30,630 bases of DNA, taken from contig CBDEFO010000005.1 in assembly GCA_965237525.1 (NCBI GenBank), positions 1 to 30,630 of the forward strand, in the 5' to 3' direction. The notes under the pieces were generated by a model. The model searched no databases, was not told where the DNA came from, and worked only from the letters and a program-made list of their open reading frames with translations. This DNA is from Candidatus Latescibacterota bacterium (GTDB taxonomy: Bacteria > Latescibacterota > CBDEFO01). Shown here piece by piece: positions 19,895 through 27,905 of the stretch. The stretch's first letter is position 1; each line of letters starts with the position of its first letter. The position numbers and the translations under genes are program-made.

Positions 19895-20185
19895 CTACAT
19901 AGAATATTCTTGGACGATCTTACCGCCGACGGTGAAACACAAGCCCCCACCCATTTGATAATCTACTCACCGAGGATTATACGCCGGCAACAAGGCTTTG
20001 CTCTTCGAAACATCACCTCTCCGCCATATTGGACGATAATCCACTTAATTAGCAACCCGACTAACGTCTAACCCCATATTCTCTGGCTGAAGCCGGCAGC
20101 AAAGATGTAACCGATAGTATAAAATGGACACCTTGAGGAAGGATTACCTCACAATCATAAAGAAACACACAAAAGAAAAAGCCCG
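19895..20185 (-). pseudogene. Decayed C-terminal fragment of a paralog of the 650-aa DUF6785/DUF6784-type gene
   Basis: Translates as CPFYTIGYIFAAGFSQRIWG*TLVGLLIKWIIVQYGGEVMFRRAKPCCRRIILGE*IIKWVGACV...GKIVQEYSM*. This is colinear with WPFHPIGYIFAMGFGKAIWGSILVGWFMKWIIVKYGGAVIFRRAKPFFLGLILGELTMKLVWACV...GKIGEGYGM* at 21528-21826. Confidence 0.88.
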
Positions 20186-20201
20186 CCGTCTGTGGCGGGC
20201 T
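20171..20201 (-). terminator. Rho-independent terminator downstream of the VOC-tag pair
   Basis: Minus strand AGCCCGCC-ACAGAC-GGCGGGCT followed by TTTTCTTTT. Confidence 0.65.
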
Positions 20202-20331
20202 CTGATGCATCAGGGGCCAAAATGGGCCGCTGTCTGCAAATCTCTCCCCGGGGCAAAGTGCTGAAAGTATCCGGAGGGTGTGATTCAGAAGATGGAATAC
20301 ACACAAACCTTCTTCTACTGAAGACCAGGAA

Positions 20332-20844
20332 CTACATGTCGTGCTCTTCTCTCCAACGCTCCATCGTCTCGGGCATCTCCTCCCCCACCGCCCTCATAAA
20401 GAAAAAGGAAGTCGAACTTCCCAGATGTGAAAAGCGCTTGCTCAGGGTCTTTACGAGCTCTCCCTCACCGTTTGCGCTGATTTCCTTAAGAAATACTTCG
20501 AACGATCCATGCTCTTTCTGTATGGTCAACAGTGTTCTGGCGTTTTCGATAGCGGCCCTGATCTTTCGACCGTTCCGGACGATGCCCTTGTCGCTCATCA
20601 GCCTGTCAAAGTCTGGCTCATCAAACACAGCGACCTTGGCAATCGAAAAATCGGCGAAGGCCCTCCGAAAGTCAGGCCACTTTTTCTCAATCACCTTCCA
20701 GTTGAAGCCGGCTCGAAAGACGGCCCTGGTCATCTCTTCAAAATGGCGGTCGTCATTGTCGGGCCTCGTGCCGAGCACGCAATACTTCATGTCAGATAGT
20801 GCGGACGAAGCTGTCGCGCCTGTTCCACGATCTTGCATATCCAT
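20332..20844 (-). CDS. DNA-3-methyladenine glycosylase I (Tag)-like protein
   Basis: Motifs FEEMTRAVFRAGFNWKVIEKKW..FRRAFADF, GIVRNGRKIRAAIENAR and LSKRFSHLG...FFMRAVG. Confidence 0.85.
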   Translation of the reverse strand: MDMQDRGTGATASSALSDMKYCVLGTRPDNDDRHFEEMTRAVFRAGFNWKVIEKKWPDFRRAFADFSIAKVAVFDEPDFDRLMSDKGIVRNGRKIRAAIENARTLLTIQKEHGSFEVFLKEISANGEGELVKTLSKRFSHLGSSTSFFFMRAVGEEMPETMERWREEHDM

Positions 20845-20849
20845 GCTCC

Positions 20850-21215
20850 TTAGTCATGGTTCTCCGGCTGCCAGAGTGCGAAGGCAGCACCGGTTGGGTC
20901 TATCATAACGCTGAAGCGCCCGTAATCCGGAATCTCTGTCACCTCGCGAACGATCGTACCTCCTAATGACTTGGCCTTCTCGGTTGAGGCGGAAACATCT
21001 TCAACCTGAACGTAGGCCAGCCAATGCGACGGAACGCCCGGAACGGGATTCTTCATCATCCCGCCGCCTGTACCTTCCCCCACCTCGATCATTGTGTATG
21101 TGGTCTCGTCCATCGGGATGTCTTGAAGCTTCCAGTCAAATAGACCAGCGTAGAACTCCTTCGCAGCAGCCACATCTTCCGTGAGAAGTTCAATGTGCAC
21201 GAATGCATTTGCCAT
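20850..21215 (-). CDS. VOC / glyoxalase-bleomycin resistance family protein
   Basis: Motifs FVHIEL.T.DV.AAKEFY..LFDW, WLAYVQVEDV and GRFSVMIDPTGAAFALWQ. GGAGG RBS. Confidence 0.93.
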   Translation of the reverse strand: MANAFVHIELLTEDVAAAKEFYAGLFDWKLQDIPMDETTYTMIEVGEGTGGGMMKNPVPGVPSHWLAYVQVEDVSASTEKAKSLGGTIVREVTEIPDYGRFSVMIDPTGAAFALWQPENHD

Positions 21216-21372
21216 ATATGCCCTCCTTCCTTAAAGATGCTTTGCATCTTGATTTCTGGGACCAGATTATTGGGTCCCACTATAGATAATCGTCCTCTTT
21301 GTGACGAGTCTCAGCTTTAGTCCGGTTCTGTGTTGTCTACAATACGAAACCAGAAAGCCGCTATTGTACGTA

Positions 21373-21401
21373 ATATTAAGAAAGTCTCGGCCCTGTGTCA
21401 A
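21373..21401 (-). promoter_or_regulatory. Possible sigma70 promoter for VOC-tag
   Basis: Minus strand TTGACA-N17-TAATAT. Confidence 0.45.
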
Positions 21402-21527
21402 TATCTTTTCGATAGCTCTCTATGCATTTCAGGCTGGAACACTCCTGCAACGAATTTCAGTAATCGGATCAGACGGGACCTTTTCGGCAGATAGGGTGCA
21501 CTGACCCTCGGAGTGGAAGTCTAATTT

Positions 21528-23480
21528 TCACATGCCGTAACCTTCGCCAATCTTTCCCGCAAAAGTGCCGACACAAGCCCACACCAATTTCATAGTCAAC
21601 TCGCCTAAGATGAGACCCAGGAAGAATGGCTTGGCCCTTCTGAAGATCACCGCTCCGCCGTATTTGACGATAATCCATTTCATAAACCATCCCACTAATA
21701 TCGAGCCCCATATTGCCTTGCCGAATCCCATCGCAAAGATGTATCCGATAGGATGAAATGGCCACCTTAGGAAGAATTTCCTCATAATCGTTAAAAACCA
21801 CACGAAAGAGAAACCCACAAAATGGAAGAATATCCTCAGCCAGTCCGTAGGGGATTCAAGATCTCCCGCGGACTGATAGGAATAGGGGTAGTACCTCCCT
21901 ATTCTGGCCTCGGAGAGAGCGCCGCCTTCGTTATCCAATACAAACATCCCGTATTCGTAGATCGTGTTCAAAGAGAAATAATAGCCCACAAACAGACCGA
22001 CAAGGAGACTCATAACGAGAGCGATGGTCATCTTTCCCGTCTTTATCCCGACCTCCTCTCCTATCTTCCACCCTTCAAGCTGCATTGCAAGGCACGTCCC
22101 GAGACAGCCGTAAGTCAGGATGTTCAGGTGAGCGAAGACTACATAATCGGATTCGCCATAGACTCCGGGTCCCGTCCCACCGACTATGTAAAAGAGATGC
22201 GACACCATGGGCAGGCCCAAAAATAGAGGGATCCCCCCATCTACCCTAAGACGGGCGATCCCTATCGAAAAGATGACGAATAGGCCAAAATAGATCAGTC
22301 CCAGATGAAACTTCAATCCTGCGGCATAAGACCAGAACGAACAGAATAGGAGGGAGGCGGCCAGACCCACAAAAGCCCAACGTGGAGGGTCTTCTGCAAG
22401 GTGCGTTGGTCTTCCCAGCCCTCTGAATATCCCCAAAAGATGAGACCTTGCAGCCCACAGGCTCAGTACGACCAGACATATTATTCCACCCCTTGCCTGG
22501 GAAAAGAGGAACGGAAAATGTGGCGGCCACTCCAGACCGAAGGCCTTGCACACACCTCTGTTTTCGGTCAAACCAAGAAGCTCGGTGGCCAGAAGCTGAA
22601 CCCTGGTCATAAGAAAGAAAAACCAGATACTGAACGAGATCTCAAGCGACAGCAGATACGCGATTCCGACTATCATCGGAGAAAAGTCGAAGACGAATCT
22701 CGCCTCAAACGCCGCCATCGCCTTCCAGGGCTCTTCTAACAGAATCTCCCCCATGTCCAGCGAGGTACTTATCTCTCCGACCTGCGGAAAGTAGTGATGA
22801 ACGCCATTTATCGTGAATATGATAACTGGAACGGCGAAGCCCAGCCACATCAGCCTGTTCTTGAGGAACGCCTTCCCCTCTAACATCGCCCTGGGAAGCT
22901 CCAACATCGGAAAGCTCAGCCCTTCGTTTTCGGACCACTGCCGCCTCAGGATGATCCCTATGCACAACATACCTGCAAAGACTGCTACAAAAAGCAGTGA
23001 CCACAGAAAAAGAGGAAAAATCCAGTGCTCCCATGGCACAGGGCCACCCTCAAAGAAATCCACTGCCACCTGGCTTTTCACCTTACCCGGAACCATCCAT
23101 TCTGGGATAAACTCTAAGAACCTGAAATACCTCCCTGTCTCGCGGTAGAAGGGCGAGCGCCCGAAGCTCGTTACCAGCCCCGGCAGGAATCTGTGAACCA
23201 GCCCCACAGAGGCTAAGGGCAGGGAGATGACCAGCGCAGAATATATAAGAACCAACTCCGCCTTGCCGAGACCGGGTCTTTCGTTCAACTTCCGCAGCAG
23301 CCCCCCTATCAGCAGCAGAAGAACAAGGACGCCTATTCCACCGGCGGGAGGAACGTGATCGGACAGCTTTGGCCCCGCGTAGACCAACTCGTTCTTCTGA
23401 GTCCACATTCCCACAAGGACTGTGAAGAATATGAAGATTAACATAGCCCTGATTGTAAATCCAGATTTATCGTTTGACAT
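21528..23480 (-). CDS. Polytopic membrane protein, DUF6785/DUF6784-type (putative transporter)
   Basis: Many hydrophobic helices, with family-typical W..PL..W...LC...ILRRQW.E.E.L.FP..ELP and C-terminal WPFHPIGY...K..IVKYGG...FRRAKPFFLGLILGE. Confidence 0.8.
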   Translation of the reverse strand: MSNDKSGFTIRAMLIFIFFTVLVGMWTQKNELVYAGPKLSDHVPPAGGIGVLVLLLLIGGLLRKLNERPGLGKAELVLIYSALVISLPLASVGLVHRFLPGLVTSFGRSPFYRETGRYFRFLEFIPEWMVPGKVKSQVAVDFFEGGPVPWEHWIFPLFLWSLLFVAVFAGMLCIGIILRRQWSENEGLSFPMLELPRAMLEGKAFLKNRLMWLGFAVPVIIFTINGVHHYFPQVGEISTSLDMGEILLEEPWKAMAAFEARFVFDFSPMIVGIAYLLSLEISFSIWFFFLMTRVQLLATELLGLTENRGVCKAFGLEWPPHFPFLFSQARGGIICLVVLSLWAARSHLLGIFRGLGRPTHLAEDPPRWAFVGLAASLLFCSFWSYAAGLKFHLGLIYFGLFVIFSIGIARLRVDGGIPLFLGLPMVSHLFYIVGGTGPGVYGESDYVVFAHLNILTYGCLGTCLAMQLEGWKIGEEVGIKTGKMTIALVMSLLVGLFVGYYFSLNTIYEYGMFVLDNEGGALSEARIGRYYPYSYQSAGDLESPTDWLRIFFHFVGFSFVWFLTIMRKFFLRWPFHPIGYIFAMGFGKAIWGSILVGWFMKWIIVKYGGAVIFRRAKPFFLGLILGELTMKLVWACVGTFAGKIGEGYGM

Positions 23481-23515
23481 AGAGGTGACGAAGATAAGAT
23501 GTTCTTGAGCGTGCT

Positions 23516-23574
23516 TCCCCGATTGACCCCCAATCCCCTATTGAATCTATAGGGGATTGGGGGTCAATCGGGGA
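23516..23574. repeat. Perfect 26-bp-arm palindrome built from nested hairpin units inside a REP half
   Basis: TCCCCGATTGACCCCCAATCCCCTAT-TGAATCT-ATAGGGGATTGGGGGTCAATCGGGGA, flanked by GCTT...TCGCTCGCAATGAC. Confidence 0.85.
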
Positions 23575-23667
23575 TCGCTCGCAATGACATTTGAAACACC
23601 AAAAATTCTGTGAACATTAGAATATAGCCATGCAGTAACATCCTGTCTACAGTTTTCCTTTGTACAC

Positions 23668-23696
23668 AAAAAAACCCCGAACAGAGTGTCCGGGGT
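23668..23696 (-). terminator. Rho-independent terminator after ccdA-tlpA
   Basis: Minus strand ACCCCGGACA-CTC-TGTTCGGGGT plus a T-tract, about 25 bp after the tlpA stop. Confidence 0.8.
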
Positions 23697-23721
23697 AATT
23701 ATCTCTACAGAGGGAATTCTA

Positions 23722-24420
23722 TCAGGATTTCTCATCTTTCGAAGTCTGTGCAAGCAGAGCCTCAACGCTCCTTTCAAAGACTTCTAAATCGTTCGGGACT
23801 CCCACAATCCTCAGATATATCTTTCCTTCCTTGTTCAAAATAAAGGTCGTCGGTATCACCCCCCTTACAGGAGCGTCGCTCAAATAAGGTTCTGTTTTGC
23901 CGGGAATGTACTGAGGTACCCCGGTCACAGTGAAGAAATCCGTTAGCACTAAGCCCTTATCATCCGCTATAGTGACGGTGTAATTCATCTTATTATCCTT
24001 TACGAATTCCCTCACATTGTCCAGCCGATCGTTCACCGTCACACCCACCATCTCGAATCCCTTATCCTTATACTTTTTTTGAAGCCTTATAAAATGGGGA
24101 ATTTCGAACCTGCACGGGCCGCACCAGGTAGCCCAGAAGTCCACTATTACCACTTTGCCCTTGTAGTCCGACAGCTTTACATCGTTCCCATCTATGTCCT
24201 TCAGTGCAAAATCGGGCGCAGGCTTTAAATCAGAGGCTAAACTGTGGAGTCTGGCCTCTCCTATCTTGGAATCCTCTGTCTTTGATTCTTCAGTCTTGGA
24301 AACCTCAGTCGTGGAATCCTCCTGGGAAAGAACGCTATGCTCCTGAAGAAACAGGACATATAGAACCAGAACACCCAGAATAATCAGAACGAGCCGGCCG
24401 ATAATCTTTGTTCTTTTCAC
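23722..24420 (-). CDS. TlpA/ResA-like membrane-anchored thiol-disulfide oxidoreductase
   Basis: N-terminal TM anchor, APDFAL, VVIVDFWATWCGPCRFEIP (CxxC) and IPTTFILNKEG. Confidence 0.93.
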   Translation of the reverse strand: MKRTKIIGRLVLIILGVLVLYVLFLQEHSVLSQEDSTTEVSKTEESKTEDSKIGEARLHSLASDLKPAPDFALKDIDGNDVKLSDYKGKVVIVDFWATWCGPCRFEIPHFIRLQKKYKDKGFEMVGVTVNDRLDNVREFVKDNKMNYTVTIADDKGLVLTDFFTVTGVPQYIPGKTEPYLSDAPVRGVIPTTFILNKEGKIYLRIVGVPNDLEVFERSVEALLAQTSKDEKS

Positions 24421-24446
24421 AGTTTAGATCTCCTATTGTTTTAGGC

Positions 24447-25172
24447 TTATCCTACATTCAGCCATGGAAAGAGTCTTATTATATATATAGACAGGACGTT
24501 CAGATAGTTAAAGAATATCATGAAACCTACGAGCACTAAAAGGGTTCCGCTGGCTATCTCTATGGCCTTAAAGTACCTTTTTATCCTCGCAAAGACGCTC
24601 AGAAATCTATTGATGCCTATTCCCGTAAGGAAGAAGGGAATCCCCAGCCCTAAAGAATAGGCGCTCAAAAGCTTTATCCCTTCCCACACCGTCTCCTCTA
24701 TCATCGCCAGACCCAAAATCCCGGCAAGGATAGGTCCCACGCACGGCGTCCATCCGAAGGCGAAGGCCAGGCCTACTAAGAACGTCCCCAGGAGTCCCAC
24801 AGGCTTGTTTGAGGCATGAAATTTTTTCTCATAGTTCAGAAACCTTATCTTGAAGACCCCTGCCATATGCAGCCCGAATATTACGATCACGACCCCCGCT
24901 ATCTTGCTTAAGACGCTCATCTTCGACAGCAGAAGCTGACCCGCAAACGTGGCTGTCGCCCCCAGAGCCACAAACACTATTGAAAAACCTAAGATAAAGG
25001 CGAGCGAATTGAGCATAATTCTCCTCAGTGTCCGGGAGTTATCCACGCTCATCTCCTCCATCGAGAGTCTAGATATAAACGAGATATAGGCGGGGACTAA
25101 AGGAAGCACACAGGGAGAAACGAACGAGATGATCCCGGCTCCGAATGCCGCTATGAGGGATATGCCGTCCAA
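24447..25172 (-). CDS. ccdA: Cytochrome c biogenesis protein CcdA (DsbD-beta)
   Basis: Motifs AGIISFVSPCVLPLVPAY, FAFGWTPCVGPIL and YSLGLGIPF. TTG start after AAGGAGG. Confidence 0.93.
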   Translation of the reverse strand: MDGISLIAAFGAGIISFVSPCVLPLVPAYISFISRLSMEEMSVDNSRTLRRIMLNSLAFILGFSIVFVALGATATFAGQLLLSKMSVLSKIAGVVIVIFGLHMAGVFKIRFLNYEKKFHASNKPVGLLGTFLVGLAFAFGWTPCVGPILAGILGLAMIEETVWEGIKLLSAYSLGLGIPFFLTGIGINRFLSVFARIKRYFKAIEIASGTLLVLVGFMIFFNYLNVLSIYIIRLFPWLNVG

Positions 25173-25332
25173 TTTTGTACGCCTCCTTTAGATTGTATTT
25201 ATTGCAGATTAGAATTCGTGTATGAACAGTCTATCACACTTTATCTTTGACTATGCGGCGGCGCTTTAGTTCCAGAGCTTGCCTAGTTTATTGTATCAGA
25301 CAGCAAGGAGGTGCCGCTCCCACCTGTTTACC

Positions 25333-27885
25333 TTAATCTAAGCCCAACCCTAACTGCAAATCGTCTATATCATCCACTTTGCCGTCTCCGTCCTCTTCGT
25401 CCAACTCCCCATTACCTTCAGAATCTACCTCACCCTCTTCTTTGAGCGCCACGCGGGCCACGTCTATAACCTTGTCCTTCTCGTCCAGCTTGATCAGCCT
25501 TACGCCCTGAGTGTTCCGGCCTATGACGCTTATTGCTCGGACAGGCTGTCTCATGATTATCCCGTTTTGAGATATGATTATCAGCTCGTCCTCATCCACG
25601 ACTTCTTTAACACTGATGACCTTGCCGTTCCTCTCATTCGCCTTGATGGATATTATCCCTTTGCCGCCCCTATGCGTGACTCTGTAGTCCGATATCTGGC
25701 TCCTTTTGCCGTAGCCGTTTTCACACACAGTCAAAATCGTCCCCTCTCTTCTGACGATCATCATTCCGACAACTTTGTCGTCCCCATCCCTTAGGCTTAT
25801 TCCTCTTACCCCTTGAGATGTTCTGCCCATATCCCTCACCTCAGACTCGTCAAATCTGATCGCAAAACCTCCCTGAGTCACAAGGACGATCCCCTGAGTC
25901 CCATCTGTTATCGCGGCATCTATCAGAGAATCCCCATCCACGATATTTATCGCCCTGATTCCGGTCCTCATGGGACGGCCGTAAGCCGAAAGGACGGTCT
26001 TTTTGACCAGTCCCCTCCTGGTCGCCATAACCAGATAGTGATCGTCATCGAATACCTTAACGTGGACGAACGCCTCTATCCTCTCACCCGTTTCGACCTG
26101 AAGAAGATTCACAATCGGCCTACCCCTTGCAGCCCTTCCGCTTTCGGGAATCCCGTAAACTTTCAGCCAGTAGCACTTCCCCCTGTCCGTGAAGAACAGC
26201 ATGTAGCTGTGAGTCGAGGCTATAAAGAGATGCTCTACGAAATCCTCCTCCTTCGTCGTCATCCCCGTAATACCCCTTCCTCCACGCCTTTGCCTCTTGT
26301 AGGTGCTGACGGGAAGTCTCTTTATGTATCCCGCATGCGATATGGTGATGACCATATCCTCTTCAGCTATCAGGTCTTCGATGTCGAACTCCGCGCCGGA
26401 AGGGACGATCTCCGTTCTCCTTTCGTCCCCGTACTTTTTCTTGAGCTCGGTTAACTCCGACTTTATAATTTCCATCCTCTGGGGTCTGCTATCTAATATC
26501 CCCCGAAGCTCCGAGATGTTCTTAATCACCTCCAGGTATTCGTCATCCACCTTCTTCCTTTCGAGGGCTGTGAGTCTCTGGAGCGTCAAATTCAAGATAG
26601 CCCGCGCCTGTGTCTCGGAAATGTTGGATGACGACTCTGTCTGAAACGCATCCATGAGTTTGACTCTGGCATCGTCGGGGCTGTCGGAACCTCTGATTAC
26701 CCGTATCACCTGGTCTATGTTATCCAGAGCTATTTTGAAGCCCTCCAATAAATGCGCTCTGTTCTCGGCTTGAGTCAGGTCGTAGCGCGTCCTCTTACGA
26801 ATGACCTCGTGCCTGTGATCCACAAAATGAGAAAGCATCCCCTTGAGGTTCAAGACTACGGGACGATTATTCACAAGCGCCCTTTGGATGGCATTGAAGC
26901 TCGTCTGAAGCTCGGTGTGCTTATACAGTTGATTCATCACCACGTTGGGGTAAGTGTCCCTCTTAAGCTCGATTACAATCCTCATCCCGTCTCTATCGGA
27001 TTCGTCCCTCACATACGCCACGCCATCTATCCTCTTATCGCTTACGAGATCCCCTATCGACTCCAGAAGATGGGACTTATCCACCAGGAACGGAATCTCG
27101 GTTATGACTATGTTCTCCCGTCCGTTCTTCAGAGTCTCTATGCTGGCTCTTGCCCTTACCACAATCCGTCCCGTTCCCGTCCGGTAGACGTCCCTTACAC
27201 CGTCCATGCCGTATATTATGCCTCCTGTCGGAAAGTCAGGGGCTTTGACGTTCCCCATCAATTCGTCGTCTGAGATATCGGGGTTGTCAATTAGGGCCAC
27301 TATGCCATCTACGACCTCTTTAAGGTTGTGAGGAGGAATCGCGCTGGTCATCGCTACGGCGATACCCCAGGTTCCGTTGCATATCAGATTCGGAAAGGCC
27401 CCGGGCAGTACCTTCGGCTCCTGCCTGGTATCGTCGTAGTTTGGTACAAAGTCCACCGTCTCTTTTTCTATGTCCTGAAGCATCTCCACTGCAAAGGCAG
27501 TCATCCGGGCTTCTGTGTATCTCATCGCCGCGGGACGGTCGGGGTAATCTATAGAGCCGAAGTTTCCCTGACCGTCCACAAGCCGGTACCTCATCCTGAA
27601 ATCCTGCGCCATCCTGACCAGCGTCGGATATATCCCCTGCTCACCGTGTGGGTGGTAATTTCCCGATGTATCGCCCGCTACCTTGGCGCACTTTCTATAC
27701 TGCCTCCCCGGTGTCAGATTCAGATCGTTCATCGCCACAAGGATGCGCCTCTGTGACGGCTTCAGGCCGTCCCTGACATCCGGCAGGGCTCGATCTATAA
27801 TGGTACTCATCGCGTACGCCAGATACGATTCTTTCATCTCATCTTCAAAATTGACCCGAATAACTCTGGATCGCTGCGCCAACAT
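25333..27885 (-). CDS. gyrA: DNA gyrase subunit A
   Basis: Motifs RALPDVRDGLKP, YHPHG, AAMRYTE (catalytic Tyr), GyrA-box QRRGGRG, beta-pinwheel repeats and an acidic tail. Confidence 0.97.
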   Translation of the reverse strand: MLAQRSRVIRVNFEDEMKESYLAYAMSTIIDRALPDVRDGLKPSQRRILVAMNDLNLTPGRQYRKCAKVAGDTSGNYHPHGEQGIYPTLVRMAQDFRMRYRLVDGQGNFGSIDYPDRPAAMRYTEARMTAFAVEMLQDIEKETVDFVPNYDDTRQEPKVLPGAFPNLICNGTWGIAVAMTSAIPPHNLKEVVDGIVALIDNPDISDDELMGNVKAPDFPTGGIIYGMDGVRDVYRTGTGRIVVRARASIETLKNGRENIVITEIPFLVDKSHLLESIGDLVSDKRIDGVAYVRDESDRDGMRIVIELKRDTYPNVVMNQLYKHTELQTSFNAIQRALVNNRPVVLNLKGMLSHFVDHRHEVIRKRTRYDLTQAENRAHLLEGFKIALDNIDQVIRVIRGSDSPDDARVKLMDAFQTESSSNISETQARAILNLTLQRLTALERKKVDDEYLEVIKNISELRGILDSRPQRMEIIKSELTELKKKYGDERRTEIVPSGAEFDIEDLIAEEDMVITISHAGYIKRLPVSTYKRQRRGGRGITGMTTKEEDFVEHLFIASTHSYMLFFTDRGKCYWLKVYGIPESGRAARGRPIVNLLQVETGERIEAFVHVKVFDDDHYLVMATRRGLVKKTVLSAYGRPMRTGIRAINIVDGDSLIDAAITDGTQGIVLVTQGGFAIRFDESEVRDMGRTSQGVRGISLRDGDDKVVGMMIVRREGTILTVCENGYGKRSQISDYRVTHRGGKGIISIKANERNGKVISVKEVVDEDELIIISQNGIIMRQPVRAISVIGRNTQGVRLIKLDEKDKVIDVARVALKEEGEVDSEGNGELDEEDGDGKVDDIDDLQLGLGLD

Positions 27886-27905
27886 CTCTTTTCCTCTCTT
27901 TTTAA

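Noticed and set aside
20190..20330. Structured-looking segment considered as a riboswitch (c-di-GMP, glycine) or hammerhead ribozyme
   Set aside because: Core consensus motifs are incomplete (CTGATGCA rather than CTGATGA; no GACGCAAA). A terminator plus pseudogene edge explains it better.
20192..20908. 238-aa plus-strand ORF and other long antisense ORFs (e.g. 5867-6421, 9440-9976, 25813-26454)
   Set aside because: They are shadows of well-supported genes on the opposite strand and have no recognisable motifs.
23547..23777. 76-aa minus-strand ORF between tlpA and the DUF6785-type gene
   Set aside because: It crosses a terminator and ends in the nested palindrome; no coding signature.
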